From Candidatus Eiseniibacteriota bacterium (GTDB taxonomy: Bacteria > Eisenbacteria > RBG-16-71-46), in NCBI GenBank assembly GCA_963717935.1, contig CAVQXP010000004.1, positions 800,001-864,000 of the forward strand: DNA of 64,000 nucleotides, written 5' to 3'. The notes beneath the pieces were generated by a model, which was given only the letters and a program-made list of their open reading frames with translations, was not told the DNA's origin and ran no database searches. The stretch's first letter is position 1, and the number at the start of each line of letters is the position of its first letter. Positions 62,949 to 64,000 of this stretch are shown piece after piece. Made by a program: the position numbers and the translations under genes.

Positions 62949-64000
62949 ATGGGCAAGGTTCGGGTGGCGATCATCGGCGTGGGCAACTGCGCTTCATCCT
63001 TCGTGCAGGGGCTGCACTACTACAGGAACGCGAAGGAGAGCGAACGCGTTCCGGGGATCATGCACGTCAACCTCGGCGGCTACCACATCCGGGACGTCGA
63101 GATCGTCGCGGCCATCGACATCGACAAGAACAAGGTGGGCAAGGACGTCTCCGAGGCCATCGTCACCTGGCCGAACAACACCTTCGTCTTCGCCAAGGTG
63201 CCGAAGACCGGCGTCGTCGTGCAGCGCGGCATGACCCACGACGGGCTCGGCAAGTACCTCTCGAAGATCATCCAGAAGGCGCCGGGCTCCACGGTGGACA
63301 TCGTGAAACTGCTCAAGGACACGCGCGCCGACGTGGTGGTGAACTACCTGCCGGTGGGCTCCGAAGAGGCCACCAAGTGGTACGTCGAGCAGGTGCTCGA
63401 GGCCGGCTGCGCGTTCGTCAACTGCATCCCCGTGTTCATCGCCCGCGAGCGCTACTGGCAGGAGCGCTTCGAGAAGCGCGGGCTGCCGGTGATCGGCGAC
63501 GACATCAAGTCGCAGGTCGGCGCCACCATCACGCACCGCGTGCTGTCGCGGCTCTTCGTCGAGCGCGGCGTGCGCATCGACCGCACGTACCAGCTCAACT
63601 TCGGCGGCAACACCGACTTCCTCAACATGCTCGAGCGCGAGCGGCTGGAGTCGAAGAAGATCTCGAAGACCTCGGCGGTGACCAGCATCATCCCGTACCC
63701 GATCTCCGAGGACGACATCCACGTCGGCCCGAGCGACTACATCCCGTGGCTCAAGGACCGCAAGTGGTGCCACATCCGCATGGAGGGCACGACCTTCGGC
63801 GACGTGCCGCTCAACCTGGAGATGAAGCTCGAGGTGTGGGACTCGCCCAACTCCGCCGGCGTGGTGATCGACTCGGTGCGCTGCGCCAAGCTGGGCCTCG
63901 ACCACGGCCTCAAGGGCGCGCTGGTGGGCCCGTCGTCCTACTTCAAGAAGTCGCCGCCCTGGCAGTTCCCCGACGAGCTCGCGCACGGCTACACCGAGGA
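62949..64000 (+). CDS. ino1: myo-Inositol-1(3)-phosphate synthase, 3'-truncated at the window end and absent from the ORF track
   Basis: Manual translation: [78 protein letters not shown]. Confidence 0.95.
   Translation, partial: MGKVRVAIIGVGNCASSFVQGLHYYRNAKESERVPGIMHVNLGGYHIRDVEIVAAIDIDKNKVGKDVSEAIVTWPNNTFVFAKVPKTGVVVQRGMTHDGLGKYLSKIIQKAPGSTVDIVKLLKDTRADVVVNYLPVGSEEATKWYVEQVLEAGCAFVNCIPVFIARERYWQERFEKRGLPVIGDDIKSQVGATITHRVLSRLFVERGVRIDRTYQLNFGGNTDFLNMLERERLESKKISKTSAVTSIIPYPISEDDIHVGPSDYIPWLKDRKWCHIRMEGTTFGDVPLNLEMKLEVWDSPNSAGVVIDSVRCAKLGLDHGLKGALVGPSSYFKKSPPWQFPDELAHGYTE

Noticed and set aside
62994..63986. 330-aa minus-strand ORF at the window end
   Set aside because: Antisense shadow of ino1, which the ORF track missed because it has no stop inside the window.

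Overview
Very GC-rich bacterial chromosomal segment of about 53 protein-coding genes. I found no rRNA, tRNA, CRISPR array, transposase or prophage. A secreted protein ending in 'SSWGRLKTLYR', the short ATP synthase epsilon subunit and the gene content suggest a candidate-phylum FCB-group organism such as Ca. Eisenbacteria (inference only). Contents in order: rocB-yihY; NUDIX-GT4; a complete F1Fo operon in which subunit a carries an AtpI-like N-terminal fusion and epsilon lacks its C-terminal helices; an amidase with a small partner ORF; aminotransferase; speA; M32 carboxypeptidase; amrS-ybhB-nitroreductase; cyclophilin; lhgO; CDGSH protein; a large GH13; AmpG-like MFS; a TetR-HlyD-ABC efflux operon with a visible operator; an ArcE-like arginine synthetase coupled to argF, rhodanese and MauE, facing an orphan P-loop kinase-like gene; GT-C, cutA and a frameshifted tsaD; a c-di-GMP locus whose hybrid kinase/HD-GYP protein has lost catalytic residues in both enzymatic modules; priA; HD and TPR proteins; a divergent ilvC; HU/IHF; ltaE; a second GT-C; and rsmI-PIP synthase-ino1. 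Best leads: the arginine-synthetase locus with its uncharacterised P-loop neighbour, the double pseudo-enzyme signalling protein, the AtpI-AtpB fusion, the C-terminal SWG motif, the divergent IlvC and inositol lipid synthesis. All family calls come from motif recognition by eye; no database searches were run.
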